Positions 36,740 to 45,902 of a stretch of DNA of 64,000 nt are shown here, one piece after another (position 1 is the first letter of the stretch; the number at the start of each line of letters is the position of its first letter). The notes beneath the pieces were generated by a model, which had not been told where the DNA came from, made no database searches, and was given only the letters and a program-made list of their open reading frames with translations. The translations under genes were made by a program, and so were the position numbers. The DNA comes from Pseudomonadota bacterium (GTDB taxonomy: Bacteria > Pseudomonadota > Gammaproteobacteria > Burkholderiales > JABEVD01), in NCBI GenBank assembly GCA_021848825.1, contig JAJZTQ010000005.1:13897-77896 (forward strand), written 5' to 3'.

Positions 36740-36755
36740 AGCATGATCCGTGCCA
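36740..36755 (-). promoter_or_regulatory. Sigma-54 promoter of the flgBCDEFGHIJ operon
   Basis: The minus strand reads TGGCACGGATCATGCT against TGGCACG-N4-TTGCW, with correct GG-N10-GC spacing, about 30 nt upstream of the flgB ATG. Confidence 0.65.
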
Positions 36756-36816
36756 TGCCGGAAGGCGCAGCTTTGCGTGACGATTCGGGTTCAATACGGC
36801 AATTTTTGCCACAAAG

Positions 36817-36862
36817 GCGGCATCCGTCTTGCCGCATGCAAGGGACCCGAGCATTCCCTTGC
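36817..36862. promoter_or_regulatory. Two adjacent inverted repeats upstream of the flgB sigma-54 promoter, in the flgA leader (candidate enhancer or operator sites)
   Basis: GCGGCA-N7-TGCCGC (36817-36835) and GCAAGGGA-N9-TCCCTTGC (36838-36862). They lie 60-110 bp upstream of the -24 element on the flgB side. Confidence 0.25.
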
Positions 36863-36885
36863 GGATTGATATACACTGTGCTTTT

Positions 36886-37578
36886 GTGAAGAGCCTGAAC
36901 TTGAAACGCCTTATCGCCCTGTTCTGCCTGTTTCTGACGATAGCCGATGTCCATGCCGCGACGGAGCGCATTTCATCGATCAAGAAAGCGGTGCAGGATT
37001 TCGTCGCAGCCCAGACAGCCAGTCTGCCAGGGGAAGTCTCGATCGAGGTAGGCAACATTGACTCCAAGCTGGCGTTGCCCGCCTGCGGCAAACTCGAGCC
37101 TTTCCTCGCCGAAGGAAGCAGACTGTCGGGAAGCAGCACGATAGGCGTGAAATGCGAAGGCGTATGGACGATCTTTGTGCCCGTGAAGATCAGGGTGATG
37201 GCGCCCATCGTCGTCTCGACGCGGCCGCTATCCCAGGGCATGGTGATCTCCCCGTCCGACATCATGCTGCGACGCGCCGACCTCTCATCCTCTCCCCCCG
37301 GCGTACTCACGGAGATGGCCAATGCGGTGGGAAAAACGCTCAATTCGAGCATTCCTTCCGGTTATCCCGTCACGGCAACCATGCTTCGCGCCCCGTTCAT
37401 CATCACGCAGGGTCAATCGGTCAAGCTGGTATCGATAGGCGCAGGATTCCAGGTGACATCCCAGGGCATCGCGCTTTCCTCGGCTGCCGAAGGCCAGAAT
37501 GTACAGGTGCGGACCCTGTCAGGACATGTCGTCAGCGGAATCGCAAGGGCGGGCCCTTATGTCGAAGTTGGATTTTGA
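36886..37578 (+). CDS. flgA: P-ring assembly chaperone FlgA
   Basis: GTG 36886 gives the signal peptide 'VKSLNLKRLIALFCLFLTIADVHA'; the ORF opens at TTG 36829. The C-terminus 'ITQGQSVKLVSIGAGFQVTSQGIALSSAAEGQNVQVRTLSGHVVSGIA' is canonical FlgA. Confidence 0.88.
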   Translation: MKSLNLKRLIALFCLFLTIADVHAATERISSIKKAVQDFVAAQTASLPGEVSIEVGNIDSKLALPACGKLEPFLAEGSRLSGSSTIGVKCEGVWTIFVPVKIRVMAPIVVSTRPLSQGMVISPSDIMLRRADLSSSPPGVLTEMANAVGKTLNSSIPSGYPVTATMLRAPFIITQGQSVKLVSIGAGFQVTSQGIALSSAAEGQNVQVRTLSGHVVSGIARAGPYVEVGF

Positions 37579-37589
37579 CTAAAAACTGC

Positions 37590-37616
37590 TAAAGTTTATA
37601 TACTTGATGCCGATAT
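37590..37616 (+). promoter_or_regulatory. Sigma-28 promoter of flgMN
   Basis: TAAAGTTT-N11-GCCGATAT, a near-perfect match to TAAAGTTT-N11-GCCGATAA, 30 nt upstream of the flgM ATG. Confidence 0.8.
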
Positions 37617-37646
37617 ATTGAACATATAGGAGTTTGAGGATTGATC

Positions 37647-37952
37647 ATGAAGATCGACAATACGCTGAAACCCGTTTCGGCAGGCGCCTCGGCAGGCAAT
37701 GTTTCGCCGCCCAAGCCTGAGGCGGGGCAGAAGGTCCAGCAGACCGAGAGCGTCCAGATCAGCGCGCTCTCCAGCCAGCTGAACGCCATGGAAGCAAGCA
37801 TGGCCTCCGCGCCGAACGTCAACATGGACAAGGTCAACCAGATCAAGCAGGCGATCAGCGAAGGCCGCTTCAAGATCAATCCGGAAGCCATCAGCAGCAA
37901 GCTGATCGATTCGGTGAAGGAATTGATTCAGTCGAACAAGCAGAATGCCTGA
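37647..37952 (+). CDS. flgM: Anti-sigma-28 factor FlgM
   Basis: 101 aa from ATG 37647. The C-terminus 'MDKVNQIKQAISEGRFKINPEAISSKLI' is canonical FlgM. Confidence 0.92.
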   Translation: MKIDNTLKPVSAGASAGNVSPPKPEAGQKVQQTESVQISALSSQLNAMEASMASAPNVNMDKVNQIKQAISEGRFKINPEAISSKLIDSVKELIQSNKQNA

Positions 37953-38391
37953 TTCCTCCCTCGCTTCAATCATCGAAGCGGAATTCGGTGAGGCAGCTCG
38001 TTTTCTCGATCTCCTGAAGGAAGAAGAAGGCGCGCTGATTTCAGGGGATATCGAAAAACTCTCCGAAATCCTGCAGAAGAAATCGCCCCTCCTGCTCGAA
38101 ATCTCGAATCTAAGCCGTCAGCGCAGCCAGCTGATGCCGCAAAATGAAATCGGGAAATGGCTGGAAAGCCATCCGGAATCCGGGGAAACCTGGAAAAAAC
38201 TGCTTGCCGTCTCGGGCGAAATCAGGAAAATCAACGAGACCAACGGAAAAATGATCGACATCAGGCTGCGCACAACGCAGCAGGCGCTCGGGCTTCTGCA
38301 ATCTCTCGCCAACACTTCGACAGGCTTTTACGGTCCGGATGGCCGGACCAGCATTTCGACCAGCAGCCGCCACAGCATAGAAAGCGCCTGA
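37945..38391 (+). CDS. flgN: FlgK/FlgL export chaperone FlgN
   Basis: 148 aa, helical. 'FLDLLKEEEGALISGDIEKLSEILQKKSPLL' is FlgN-like. 8-nt overlap with flgM. Confidence 0.85.
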   Translation: MPDSSLASIIEAEFGEAARFLDLLKEEEGALISGDIEKLSEILQKKSPLLLEISNLSRQRSQLMPQNEIGKWLESHPESGETWKKLLAVSGEIRKINETNGKMIDIRLRTTQQALGLLQSLANTSTGFYGPDGRTSISTSSRHSIESA

Positions 38392-39150
38392 TCACTTCAC
38401 AGGGATGCTTGTCTCCGGTTGCGGTGCGGCAGCGAGAATCATGATGGTGACGCGCCTGTTTTTAGCCCGCCCTCTGGATGTGCCGTTGGAATCCACCGGC
38501 TGGAATTGTGCATAGCCTTCCACCACCATGCGCGACGGGTTGATTCCGTTTTGCGCAAAAAGCCTGACCACGCTGCTCGCCCTGGCCGAGGAAAGCTCCC
38601 AGTTGGAAGGATAGTTCGGCGTGTTTATCGGCGTATTGTCCGTATAGCCCTTGACCTGGATATCGTGGCTGTCGTCCTTCAACACATGCGCGACAGCTTC
38701 CAGCACCTTGACAGAATCAGGCTCCAGCACTGCCTGGCCCGGTTTGAACAACAGGCTCGCATTGATCTCGACCGTGATGCCCACTGCGCTCTGCATCACC
38801 CTGACCTTGCCCATCTGCACAAGCGGCGACATCACGGCAAGGATGTCTTTGGCGATGGCCTGCATCCTTTCCCGCCTCTGCATTTCCATCCGCCTCGATT
38901 CCGACAGGGCCGGATTCTTCCTGATGATGGGCTGGAAGGGCTGTATCGGCTGAGTTTTCGGCGGGGCAACGGGTTTGTTCAGAAAGGCGCTGGAGAGGGA
39001 GTCCCCGAAAACCTTGTATTTTCCCTCGTTGACCGAAGATGTCGCATACATCACCACGAAAAACGCGAAGAGCAGCGTGATGAAATCGGAATACGAAATC
39101 ATCCACCTTTCGTGATTGTCCTTTTCCTCTTCCTTTTTCCTTCTCGTCAT
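38392..39150 (-). CDS. motB: Flagellar stator protein MotB (OmpA-like C-terminus)
   Basis: 252 aa. 'HERWMISYSDFITLLFAFFVVMYA' has the TM helix with the conserved Asp. C-terminus 'GYTDNTPINTPNYPSNWELSSARASSVVRLF...NRRVTI'. Confidence 0.93.
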   Translation of the reverse strand: MTRRKKEEEKDNHERWMISYSDFITLLFAFFVVMYATSSVNEGKYKVFGDSLSSAFLNKPVAPPKTQPIQPFQPIIRKNPALSESRRMEMQRRERMQAIAKDILAVMSPLVQMGKVRVMQSAVGITVEINASLLFKPGQAVLEPDSVKVLEAVAHVLKDDSHDIQVKGYTDNTPINTPNYPSNWELSSARASSVVRLFAQNGINPSRMVVEGYAQFQPVDSNGTSRGRAKNRRVTIMILAAAPQPETSIPVK

Positions 39151-39896
39151 CAGACGACGTAGCCCAGAAGTTTTTCCTCGATGATGCGGGGATTCTCCCC
39201 TTCCGCTATGGCGACAAGTCCGTCTATCAGCATTTCCCGCCAGACGACCTGCTGGCTGATCAAGGTCTTCAGCTTGTTCGAAATGGGGAGAAAAACGAGA
39301 TTGGCGAATCCCACGCCGTAAATGGTGGCGACGAATGCGACTGCTATGCCGCCCCCGAGCTTGGAAGGATCCGAAAGATTTTCCATGACATGGATGAGCC
39401 CGAGCACCGCCCCCAGTATGCCTATGGTCGGGGAATAGCCGCCTGCCGCCTCCCAGACCTTCGCTGCCTGGCGCCCGAAATCCTCGAATGCATTGATATC
39501 GACTTCGAGCATGTCCCTGATCTTGTCAGAGGGCGTGCCGTCGACGAGAAGCTGTATGCCCTTCTTCACGAAAGGATCATGGATTTCCTCCATTCCGTTG
39601 TCCAGCACGAGCAGGCCGTCCTTCCTGACCGCGCTGCTCCAGGCCGTGACCTGGCGGATCAGCGATTCAGAAGCATATTCAGGGGGAACGAATATCCATT
39701 TGAGCATCCTCAGGCTTTCCCAGAATACCTTGACCGGAGTCTGCAGCATCACCGCCCCCATGGTTCCCCCGCTGACGATCACGAATGCCGTGACCTGGAG
39801 CAGGGAGTCGATATGCCCGCCCTCGAGAAGATGTCCCCCTACTATGCCGATGAGCGCAAGAAGAAGACCTATGGCGCTGTTGAAATCGAACTTCAT
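39150..39896 (-). CDS. motA: Flagellar stator protein MotA
   Basis: 248 aa from ATG 39896 with an AGGA RBS; the ORF opens at 39959 inside fliA. It has four TM helices. 'YSPTIGILGAVLGLIHVM' and 'IAVAFVATIYGVGFANLVFLPI' match MotA. Confidence 0.93.
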   Translation of the reverse strand: MKFDFNSAIGLLLALIGIVGGHLLEGGHIDSLLQVTAFVIVSGGTMGAVMLQTPVKVFWESLRMLKWIFVPPEYASESLIRQVTAWSSAVRKDGLLVLDNGMEEIHDPFVKKGIQLLVDGTPSDKIRDMLEVDINAFEDFGRQAAKVWEAAGGYSPTIGILGAVLGLIHVMENLSDPSKLGGGIAVAFVATIYGVGFANLVFLPISNKLKTLISQQVVWREMLIDGLVAIAEGENPRIIEEKLLGYVV

Positions 39897-39904
39897 GGTT
39901 TTTC

Positions 39905-40609
39905 CTAGCGTTTCAGCTTGCTCCTCAGTCTTGCGATGGCCTGGCTGTGAAGCTGGCATACCCTTGATTCCCCCACCCCGAGGACTTCCCCGATCTCCTT
40001 CAGGTTGAGCTCTTCTTCGTAATAGAGCGCCATGACGAGCTTTTCCCGCTCGGGGAGATGGTCTATGGCCTGGGCGAGCCTCTTCTTGAAATCCTCTTCC
40101 ATGAGCATTTCGAGCGGGCCTGAATTTTCCCCGAGATGGCGATCCAGGAAATGATCATCCCCTTCCCCATCGAAATCGTCGTAATAGACGAGCTGATTTC
40201 CCCTCGCATCCAGAAGCAGCTTCTGGTATTCACCGAGGTCCATGCCCATTTCGTCGGCCACTTCGCGCTCCGTGGCTGTACGCCCGAGGCGCTGCTCGAC
40301 GACATGAACCGCATCCTCGATCCGCCTCGAATTCCTCCTCACTTCCCTCGGGAACCAGTCGTTCGCCCTGAGGCCGTCGAGCATCGCCCCCCTGATCCGT
40401 TGGGAAGCATAGGTTTCGAAATGCGCACCCTGCGTCGCATCGAAACGCTGGATGGCATCGAGCAGACCCAGCATCCCCGTCTGAATGAGATCTTCAACCT
40501 GCACGTTTGCAGGCAGCCTTGCCATCATGTGGTGTGCAATGCGCTTCACGAGCTGCGCATACAGGGCGAGCTGCCCGTCTGTTTCGGTCTGTCCAGAGGC
40601 GTTGTACAT
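39905..40609 (-). CDS. fliA: Flagellar sigma factor sigma-28
   Basis: 234 aa. Region 2 'VEDLIQTGMLGLLDAIQRFD'; region 4 'LNLKEIGEVLGVGESRVCQLHSQAIARLR'. Confidence 0.95.
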   Translation of the reverse strand: MYNASGQTETDGQLALYAQLVKRIAHHMMARLPANVQVEDLIQTGMLGLLDAIQRFDATQGAHFETYASQRIRGAMLDGLRANDWFPREVRRNSRRIEDAVHVVEQRLGRTATEREVADEMGMDLGEYQKLLLDARGNQLVYYDDFDGEGDDHFLDRHLGENSGPLEMLMEEDFKKRLAQAIDHLPEREKLVMALYYEEELNLKEIGEVLGVGESRVCQLHSQAIARLRSKLKR

Positions 40610-40636
40610 TTGACTCCGGGTATTGCAAAAACCCTA

Positions 40637-41497
40637 TTATGCCCTAGCTGCGCTCAACCTGCTGCCTTGAATGAGACGATTCAGGAAGTCCCCGAGATCC
40701 ATCTGCTGCGAACAGGGCCATCTGATGACGGAATCGGCGATTTGCCTGAAATTCGATCCGGCACGGGAAAGCGGAAAGGCCTCGACTGCGATCCGCCCGA
40801 GGTTAAAAGCCCGGCGAAGCGCCTCATCGTCAGGCACGTATCCCATGTAATCGAGCGTGACGGCAAGAAAACGCCTTGCCACGGCTGACATGCTCTCGAA
40901 TACCGCGCGCCCTTCCTCCTCGCTCTTCACCTTGTTGACGAGTATCCTGAAATGGCGCTTGCCGTATTGCAGGTTCATCATCTTGATCAGCGCATAGGCA
41001 TCGGTGACCGCGCTTCCTTCGGCAGACAGCACGACGGCGATTTCCTGGGAGTCGAGCGAGAGGGAAAGCAGATGTCCGGGGCTTCCCGCCGCGGTATCGA
41101 CCAGCACGACGTCGACCGGTTTGGCGATATTGCCCATGCAGTCGATCAGTCTTTGCTGTTCGGTTTCATCCAGTTCAGCGAGCGCCTGCACGCCGCGGGA
41201 TGCCTGCAATATAGCTACCCCGTCCACGCCTTTCAGCATGACTTCTTCGAGCGGCCTGCCCAGTCTCGCCACATCCAGGATGTCGCCCTGAGCGTCCCGG
41301 CGCAGCATGCCGGCGAGATTGCCCCGTCCGGGATTCTCGTCGAGTATCATCACGCTCTTTCCCGCATTGGCAAGGGCCGCTGCCAGATTCAGCGCGGCTG
41401 TCGTCTTCCCCACCCCTTCCCTCGAACTCGTCAATGTCACGATCCTGACGAAATCGCGGCCCAGCAGCCTGCGAAGCCCTTCGGCCTGATCGGTCAT
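40637..41497 (-). CDS. flhG: MinD/ParA-family flagellar number regulator FlhG/FleN, with an atypical Walker A
   Basis: 286 aa. Position between flhF and fliA. P-loop 'TSSREGVGKTT'. A C-terminal amphipathic segment 'DLGDFLNRLIQ' is present. Confidence 0.85.
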   Translation of the reverse strand: MTDQAEGLRRLLGRDFVRIVTLTSSREGVGKTTAALNLAAALANAGKSVMILDENPGRGNLAGMLRRDAQGDILDVARLGRPLEEVMLKGVDGVAILQASRGVQALAELDETEQQRLIDCMGNIAKPVDVVLVDTAAGSPGHLLSLSLDSQEIAVVLSAEGSAVTDAYALIKMMNLQYGKRHFRILVNKVKSEEEGRAVFESMSAVARRFLAVTLDYMGYVPDDEALRRAFNLGRIAVEAFPLSRAGSNFRQIADSVIRWPCSQQMDLGDFLNRLIQGSRLSAARA

Positions 41498-41498
41498 G

Positions 41499-42608
41499 CT
41501 AGCCCCCAGCCATCACCAAGGGATATTCGAAATCCTTGAGGGCATGGGGCGAATCCTCCTTGAATGCCCTGAATGCCCGATCCACCAGGTATCTCGAATT
41601 GGCGGCATGCATGTCTTCCGGAACGCGCTGCCCATTGGCGATATAATGGAGAATCAGCCTGTTTCTTATGATCACGTCGAGCGCCTGGCCAACGCCTATC
41701 GCCTCGTCGACCTTGGTCAGGATGCATCCGCCAAGCCCGCTCCCCCTGTATGCCCTCACCACGTCGTCCAGCGTTTCCCCGCTTGAAGTCGCATTGAGCA
41801 GCAGAATCCGCTCGACATCCGTTTCGCATCCTGAAAGCATCGCCACCTGGTCTATCACCTTCTGGTCCTTCTGGCTCATGCCTATGGTGTCGATCAGAAC
41901 CAGATGCTTGTCCTTCAGTTCATGTAGTATCAGCCCCAGGTCTGCCGCATCCTTGACGGAGTGCACGGGCACGCCGAGGATCTTGCCGTATATCCTGAGC
42001 TGCTCGTAGGCGCCGATTCTGTAGCTGTCGGTCGTCACCAGCGCGAGCTTCGCCGCGCCATGCCTCACCACGCAGCGCGCAGCGAGTTTGGCAGTGGTCG
42101 TGGTCTTGCCCACGCCTGTTGGGCCGACGAGCGCAAAAACGCCTCCGCGATCGACGATATCCGCCTCAGGATTCGCGACATTGATGTTCCTGACAAGCGC
42201 CGCCCTGATCCATTCGAATGCTTCCTTTTCCGACTTCAACGGCGGCATCTTGTCCATCATCTGCCGGGAGAATCTCGGACTGAACCCTGCTCCGAGCATT
42301 TTCCGCATCGCCGAAACCTTGACAGGCTCCCGCCTTGCCATGTCTCCCCAGGCGAACCCGGCAAGCTGTTCCTCCAGCATGTTCCTCATCGTCCTGATTT
42401 CATCCATGATCTCGGCCATCTCGGACTTTTCCACCGATGGCCCCGGTTCAGGCATCAGGCTCGATGCATCCTCGGTCGCCAGCGCAGTGATTTCGACGCC
42501 GCCTGCGACCGGCCTGTTGGAAAGGATGAGCGCGTCAGGGCCCAGATCTTCCTTGACCTTCTTCAAGGCTTCACGGGCCGAGGCTCCGCTGTATTTTCTG
42601 ACTTTCAT
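41499..42608 (-). CDS. flhF: SRP-type GTPase FlhF (flagellar placement)
   Basis: 369 aa. 'FALVGPTGVGKTTTTAKLAA', 'LIDTIGMSQKD', 'ILTKVDEA' are G-motifs of the FtsY/Ffh/FlhF family. Confidence 0.93.
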   Translation of the reverse strand: MKVRKYSGASAREALKKVKEDLGPDALILSNRPVAGGVEITALATEDASSLMPEPGPSVEKSEMAEIMDEIRTMRNMLEEQLAGFAWGDMARREPVKVSAMRKMLGAGFSPRFSRQMMDKMPPLKSEKEAFEWIRAALVRNINVANPEADIVDRGGVFALVGPTGVGKTTTTAKLAARCVVRHGAAKLALVTTDSYRIGAYEQLRIYGKILGVPVHSVKDAADLGLILHELKDKHLVLIDTIGMSQKDQKVIDQVAMLSGCETDVERILLLNATSSGETLDDVVRAYRGSGLGGCILTKVDEAIGVGQALDVIIRNRLILHYIANGQRVPEDMHAANSRYLVDRAFRAFKEDSPHALKDFEYPLVMAGG

Positions 42609-44686
42609 GCCCTACCTCCCAATACTGCAGTGACTTTGATCGATTTCGTGTCCGGCACCTCCGTGTGCGAAAGCACCTTGAGCTGGGGAATGGTTCTTCT
42701 GAGGAATTTGGAAAGCAGCATTCTGAGCTGGGAGGGAACCAGCAGCACCGGCGAAATGCCCATCCTCTCCTGATTCTCGACGACGCTTCCCGCTTCCCTT
42801 ATCAGCGAATCCATCAATCCCGGCTCGATTGCAGGCTCGGTGCCTGCGCCCGTCTGCACTGCCTGAAGCAGTATTTTCTCCAGTTTCGGGTCGATCGCGA
42901 TGACCTGGATTTCATTCGCCTTAGGCGCGATCTGCTGTGCAATCGAACGCGAAAGCCTTGCACGAACATACATGGTCAATTCATCGACATCCTGGGTTCT
43001 GGCGCCCTGGTCTATCATGGTCTCCAGTATGGAGCGCATATCCCGTATCGGGATGTCCTCGTCGAGCAGATTCTGCAGCACCTTCTGCACCACCGACAAG
43101 GGCACGAGCTTGGGTGTGAGATCTTCGACGAGCTTCGGAATGTCCCTCGAAATGTGATCGAGCAGCTTCTGCAATTCTTCCCGCCCGAGCAATTCCGATG
43201 CGTGCTTGTGAATCAGATGATTGAGGTGGGTGGCAACCACCGTGCTGGCATCGACGACCGTATATCCATGGATCTGCGCCTGCTCGCGCAATGCACTTTC
43301 GATCCAGACTGCGGGAAGGCCGAATGCAGGATCTTTCGTGACCGCACCGGGCAATGTGCCGGTCACCCTGCCCGGGTTGATGGCGAGATGCATTCCCGGA
43401 TAGACGTCGCCCGAACCGACTTCCACGCCGTTCAGGCTGATCCTGTAGCCGTTCGGCTTCAATTCGAGATTGTCGCGGATATGCACTGAAGGCGGAAGAA
43501 AACCGATGTCCTGGGCGAACTTCTTCCTGATCCCCTTGATCCGCTTCAGGAGATCCCCGTCCTGCGCCTTGTCGACCAGTGAAATCAGCCTGTATCCCAC
43601 ATCAAGACTGAGCACGTCCACTGCAGCGACATCATCCCAGCTGACTTCCTGGGTTTCCTGGACAGGCGCCTCGGGCGCCGGTGCAGGGATCTTTGCCGCT
43701 GCGGCGATCCTGTTTCTGAAATAGGACAGAAGCGCCATCGATCCAGCGATCAGAATGAAAGGGAAATGAGGCATCCCGGGAACGATGCCGAGCCCGCCTA
43801 TGATGATCGCGACCAGCAGCAGGATCTGGGGATTGGTGAAGAGCTGCGTGAGGAACTGCTGGCTGACATTCTCGTCCGCCCCCACTCTTGCCACCATCAG
43901 GCCTGCGGCAGTCGAGATCATCAGCGAGGGGATCTGCGCGACCAGACCGTCGCCTATCGTCAGAAGGGTATAAGTCTTCGCGGCAACGCCGATGTCCAGA
44001 CCATGCTGAAGCACGCCGACGATCAGCCCGCCGATGATGTTGATCAGCATCACCATGACGCCGGCCATCGCATCCCTGACCACGAATGCAGCCGCACCAT
44101 CCATGGCGCCGAAGAAATCGGCTTCCTGCGAAAGCTCTGCGCGCCTTCTTTTCGCCTCGTCTTCGCCTATCAATCCCGAATTGAGATCAGCGTCGATCGC
44201 CATCTGCTTGCCAGGCATCGCATCGAGCGTGAATCTCGCCCCGACCTGCGCAATTCTGTGTGCGCCATGCGTGATCACGTAGAAATTGATGATGACCAGA
44301 ATGATGAATACGACAATGCCGATGGTGTAATTTCCGCCGACCAGGAAATGGCCGAACGATCCGATCACCTTGCCGGCCGCATCCTCTCCCTCATGCCCCC
44401 GCAGCAGGACAACCCGCGCGGAGGCCACGTTGAGGGAAAGCCGAAGCAGGGTCGTGATCAGGATGACCGCAGGAAAGGATGAGAATTCGAGCGGTTTCGT
44501 GGTGTTGATGCTCAGCATCAGCACGATCACTGAAAGCGATATGTTGAAGGTGAACAATATGTCCAGAAGAAAAGGCGGAAGCGGCAGGACCATCATCGCC
44601 AGAATCATGACGACCAGGATGGGGCCCGCCAGGTTCTTCAGATTGGCAGCATTCCTGAGCGAAATCAGCTGAAACAGACTATTCAT
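42605..44686 (-). CDS. flhA: Flagellar export gate protein FlhA
   Basis: 693 aa. An N-terminal polytopic membrane domain and a C-terminal cytoplasmic domain. 'FPAVILITTLLRLSLNVASARVVL' and 'IGDGLVAQIPSLMISTAAGLMV' are canonical. Confidence 0.97.
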   Translation of the reverse strand: MNSLFQLISLRNAANLKNLAGPILVVMILAMMVLPLPPFLLDILFTFNISLSVIVLMLSINTTKPLEFSSFPAVILITTLLRLSLNVASARVVLLRGHEGEDAAGKVIGSFGHFLVGGNYTIGIVVFIILVIINFYVITHGAHRIAQVGARFTLDAMPGKQMAIDADLNSGLIGEDEAKRRRAELSQEADFFGAMDGAAAFVVRDAMAGVMVMLINIIGGLIVGVLQHGLDIGVAAKTYTLLTIGDGLVAQIPSLMISTAAGLMVARVGADENVSQQFLTQLFTNPQILLLVAIIIGGLGIVPGMPHFPFILIAGSMALLSYFRNRIAAAAKIPAPAPEAPVQETQEVSWDDVAAVDVLSLDVGYRLISLVDKAQDGDLLKRIKGIRKKFAQDIGFLPPSVHIRDNLELKPNGYRISLNGVEVGSGDVYPGMHLAINPGRVTGTLPGAVTKDPAFGLPAVWIESALREQAQIHGYTVVDASTVVATHLNHLIHKHASELLGREELQKLLDHISRDIPKLVEDLTPKLVPLSVVQKVLQNLLDEDIPIRDMRSILETMIDQGARTQDVDELTMYVRARLSRSIAQQIAPKANEIQVIAIDPKLEKILLQAVQTGAGTEPAIEPGLMDSLIREAGSVVENQERMGISPVLLVPSQLRMLLSKFLRRTIPQLKVLSHTEVPDTKSIKVTAVLGGRA

Positions 44687-45807
44687 TCACGCTCCCCGGG
44701 ATCGAGTTCCTGCGGCACGGGCAATCCGGTCGGCGGCTCTACATTCATTCCGCGCTTCACCTGATAGACATAGGCGAGCACCTCTGCAACGGCTGCATAA
44801 AGCGCTTCAGGGATCTCGTCGCCGATCTCGGTATTGAAATAAAGCGCGCGAGCAAGCGGCGGGGCTTCAAGTATGGGCACATGGTTTTCCTCGGCGACTT
44901 CCCTTATCCGGGAAGCGAGAAGCTGAGCGCCGCTTGCGACAACGACCGGCGCCCCCATATTCTCCTGATAACGGAGCGCGACGGCATAATGGGTCGGATT
45001 GGTGACCACCACATCCGCCTTCGGAATCTCGGTCATCATCCTGCGACGAGCGGCTTCAAGCTGCATCCGCCTGATCTTGCTCTTGACTTCTGGGCTGCCG
45101 AGCTCCTCCTTCGTTTCCTGCTTGACTTCGTCCTTGGTCATCTTCAGCTTTTCCTTGTAGTCCCACAGCTGATACGGGACATCCACCGCGACTATGAGCA
45201 GCATGGAAGCGACGATCTCGAGAAAGCTCACCGCAACCATGTGGCCGAGATGAGAAAGCCCGATCTTCAGGGGCTCCCTGACCAGATCGAAGAATGACTC
45301 CTTGTTGTGCCAGATCACGAAAGCGGCCACGCCGCCGACCAGGAGCGCCTTCAATGTGGCCTTGCCAAGTTCGATGAATCCGTTCATGGAAAACATCCGC
45401 GCAAGACCGGCGATCGGGTTCAAGGCGCCCAGGTTGAGACGCAATTTCTTGAAGGAAAACACCCAGCCTCCCATCAGCCGGGGCGAGACGAGAATCACGA
45501 TGATCAGCAATGCCATGAAGGGAAGGAATTCGAGCAGGGTTCTGGAAGTGAGGACATAGAACCTGCGGAGCATCAGGAAAGGGTCGCCGAAGGCAAGCGC
45601 TCTTTCGAAAACCAGCCCCCTGGTCATCATGTCTGACAGGTAACCCATGAGATGCGAGCCCATTGCCCAGAGCCCTGCACCGGAAGCGATCAGAAGTGCA
45701 AAGGTCGACAATTCCCGCGAGTGGGGAACCTGCCCCTCTTCCTGCCTCGCCTTCTCGAGTCGCCGACCCGAGGGGGCTTCTGTTCGCTGGTCTTTGTCTT
45801 CAGCCAT
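44683..45807 (-). CDS. flhB: Flagellar export switch protein FlhB (full length, with NPTH autocleavage site)
   Basis: 374 aa. 'MAEDKDQRTEAPSGRRLEKARQEGQVPHSREL' and 'VVTNPTHYAVALRY'. Confidence 0.97.
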   Translation of the reverse strand: MAEDKDQRTEAPSGRRLEKARQEEGQVPHSRELSTFALLIASGAGLWAMGSHLMGYLSDMMTRGLVFERALAFGDPFLMLRRFYVLTSRTLLEFLPFMALLIIVILVSPRLMGGWVFSFKKLRLNLGALNPIAGLARMFSMNGFIELGKATLKALLVGGVAAFVIWHNKESFFDLVREPLKIGLSHLGHMVAVSFLEIVASMLLIVAVDVPYQLWDYKEKLKMTKDEVKQETKEELGSPEVKSKIRRMQLEAARRRMMTEIPKADVVVTNPTHYAVALRYQENMGAPVVVASGAQLLASRIREVAEENHVPILEAPPLARALYFNTEIGDEIPEALYAAVAEVLAYVYQVKRGMNVEPPTGLPVPQELDPGERE

Positions 45808-45902
45808 CCCGCTTTGTGTCCATGGCAGACGAACCTAAACCTGTTTATTACGTAGTTATCATAATTGCATGTTTTTCATGGAAAGTAAAGAAAAAATCGA
45901 TT

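Noticed and set aside
36798-36810. GGCAATTTTTGCC read as a sigma-54 promoter for flgA.
   Set aside because: The GG-to-GC spacing is N8, not N10. It is better described as a short inverted repeat.
36318-37352. A 344-aa ORF extending flgB upstream through flgA. Similar N-terminal extensions occur in the ORF track for flgJ (to 30692), fliP (from 23212), hoxW (to 54936), earP (to 50962), hisC (from 61390), the amidase (from 47210) and motA (to 39959).
   Set aside because: The extensions overlap neighbouring genes and lack family similarity. Internal ATG/GTG starts give canonical N-termini, signal peptides, RBSs or ATGA/GTGA coupling.
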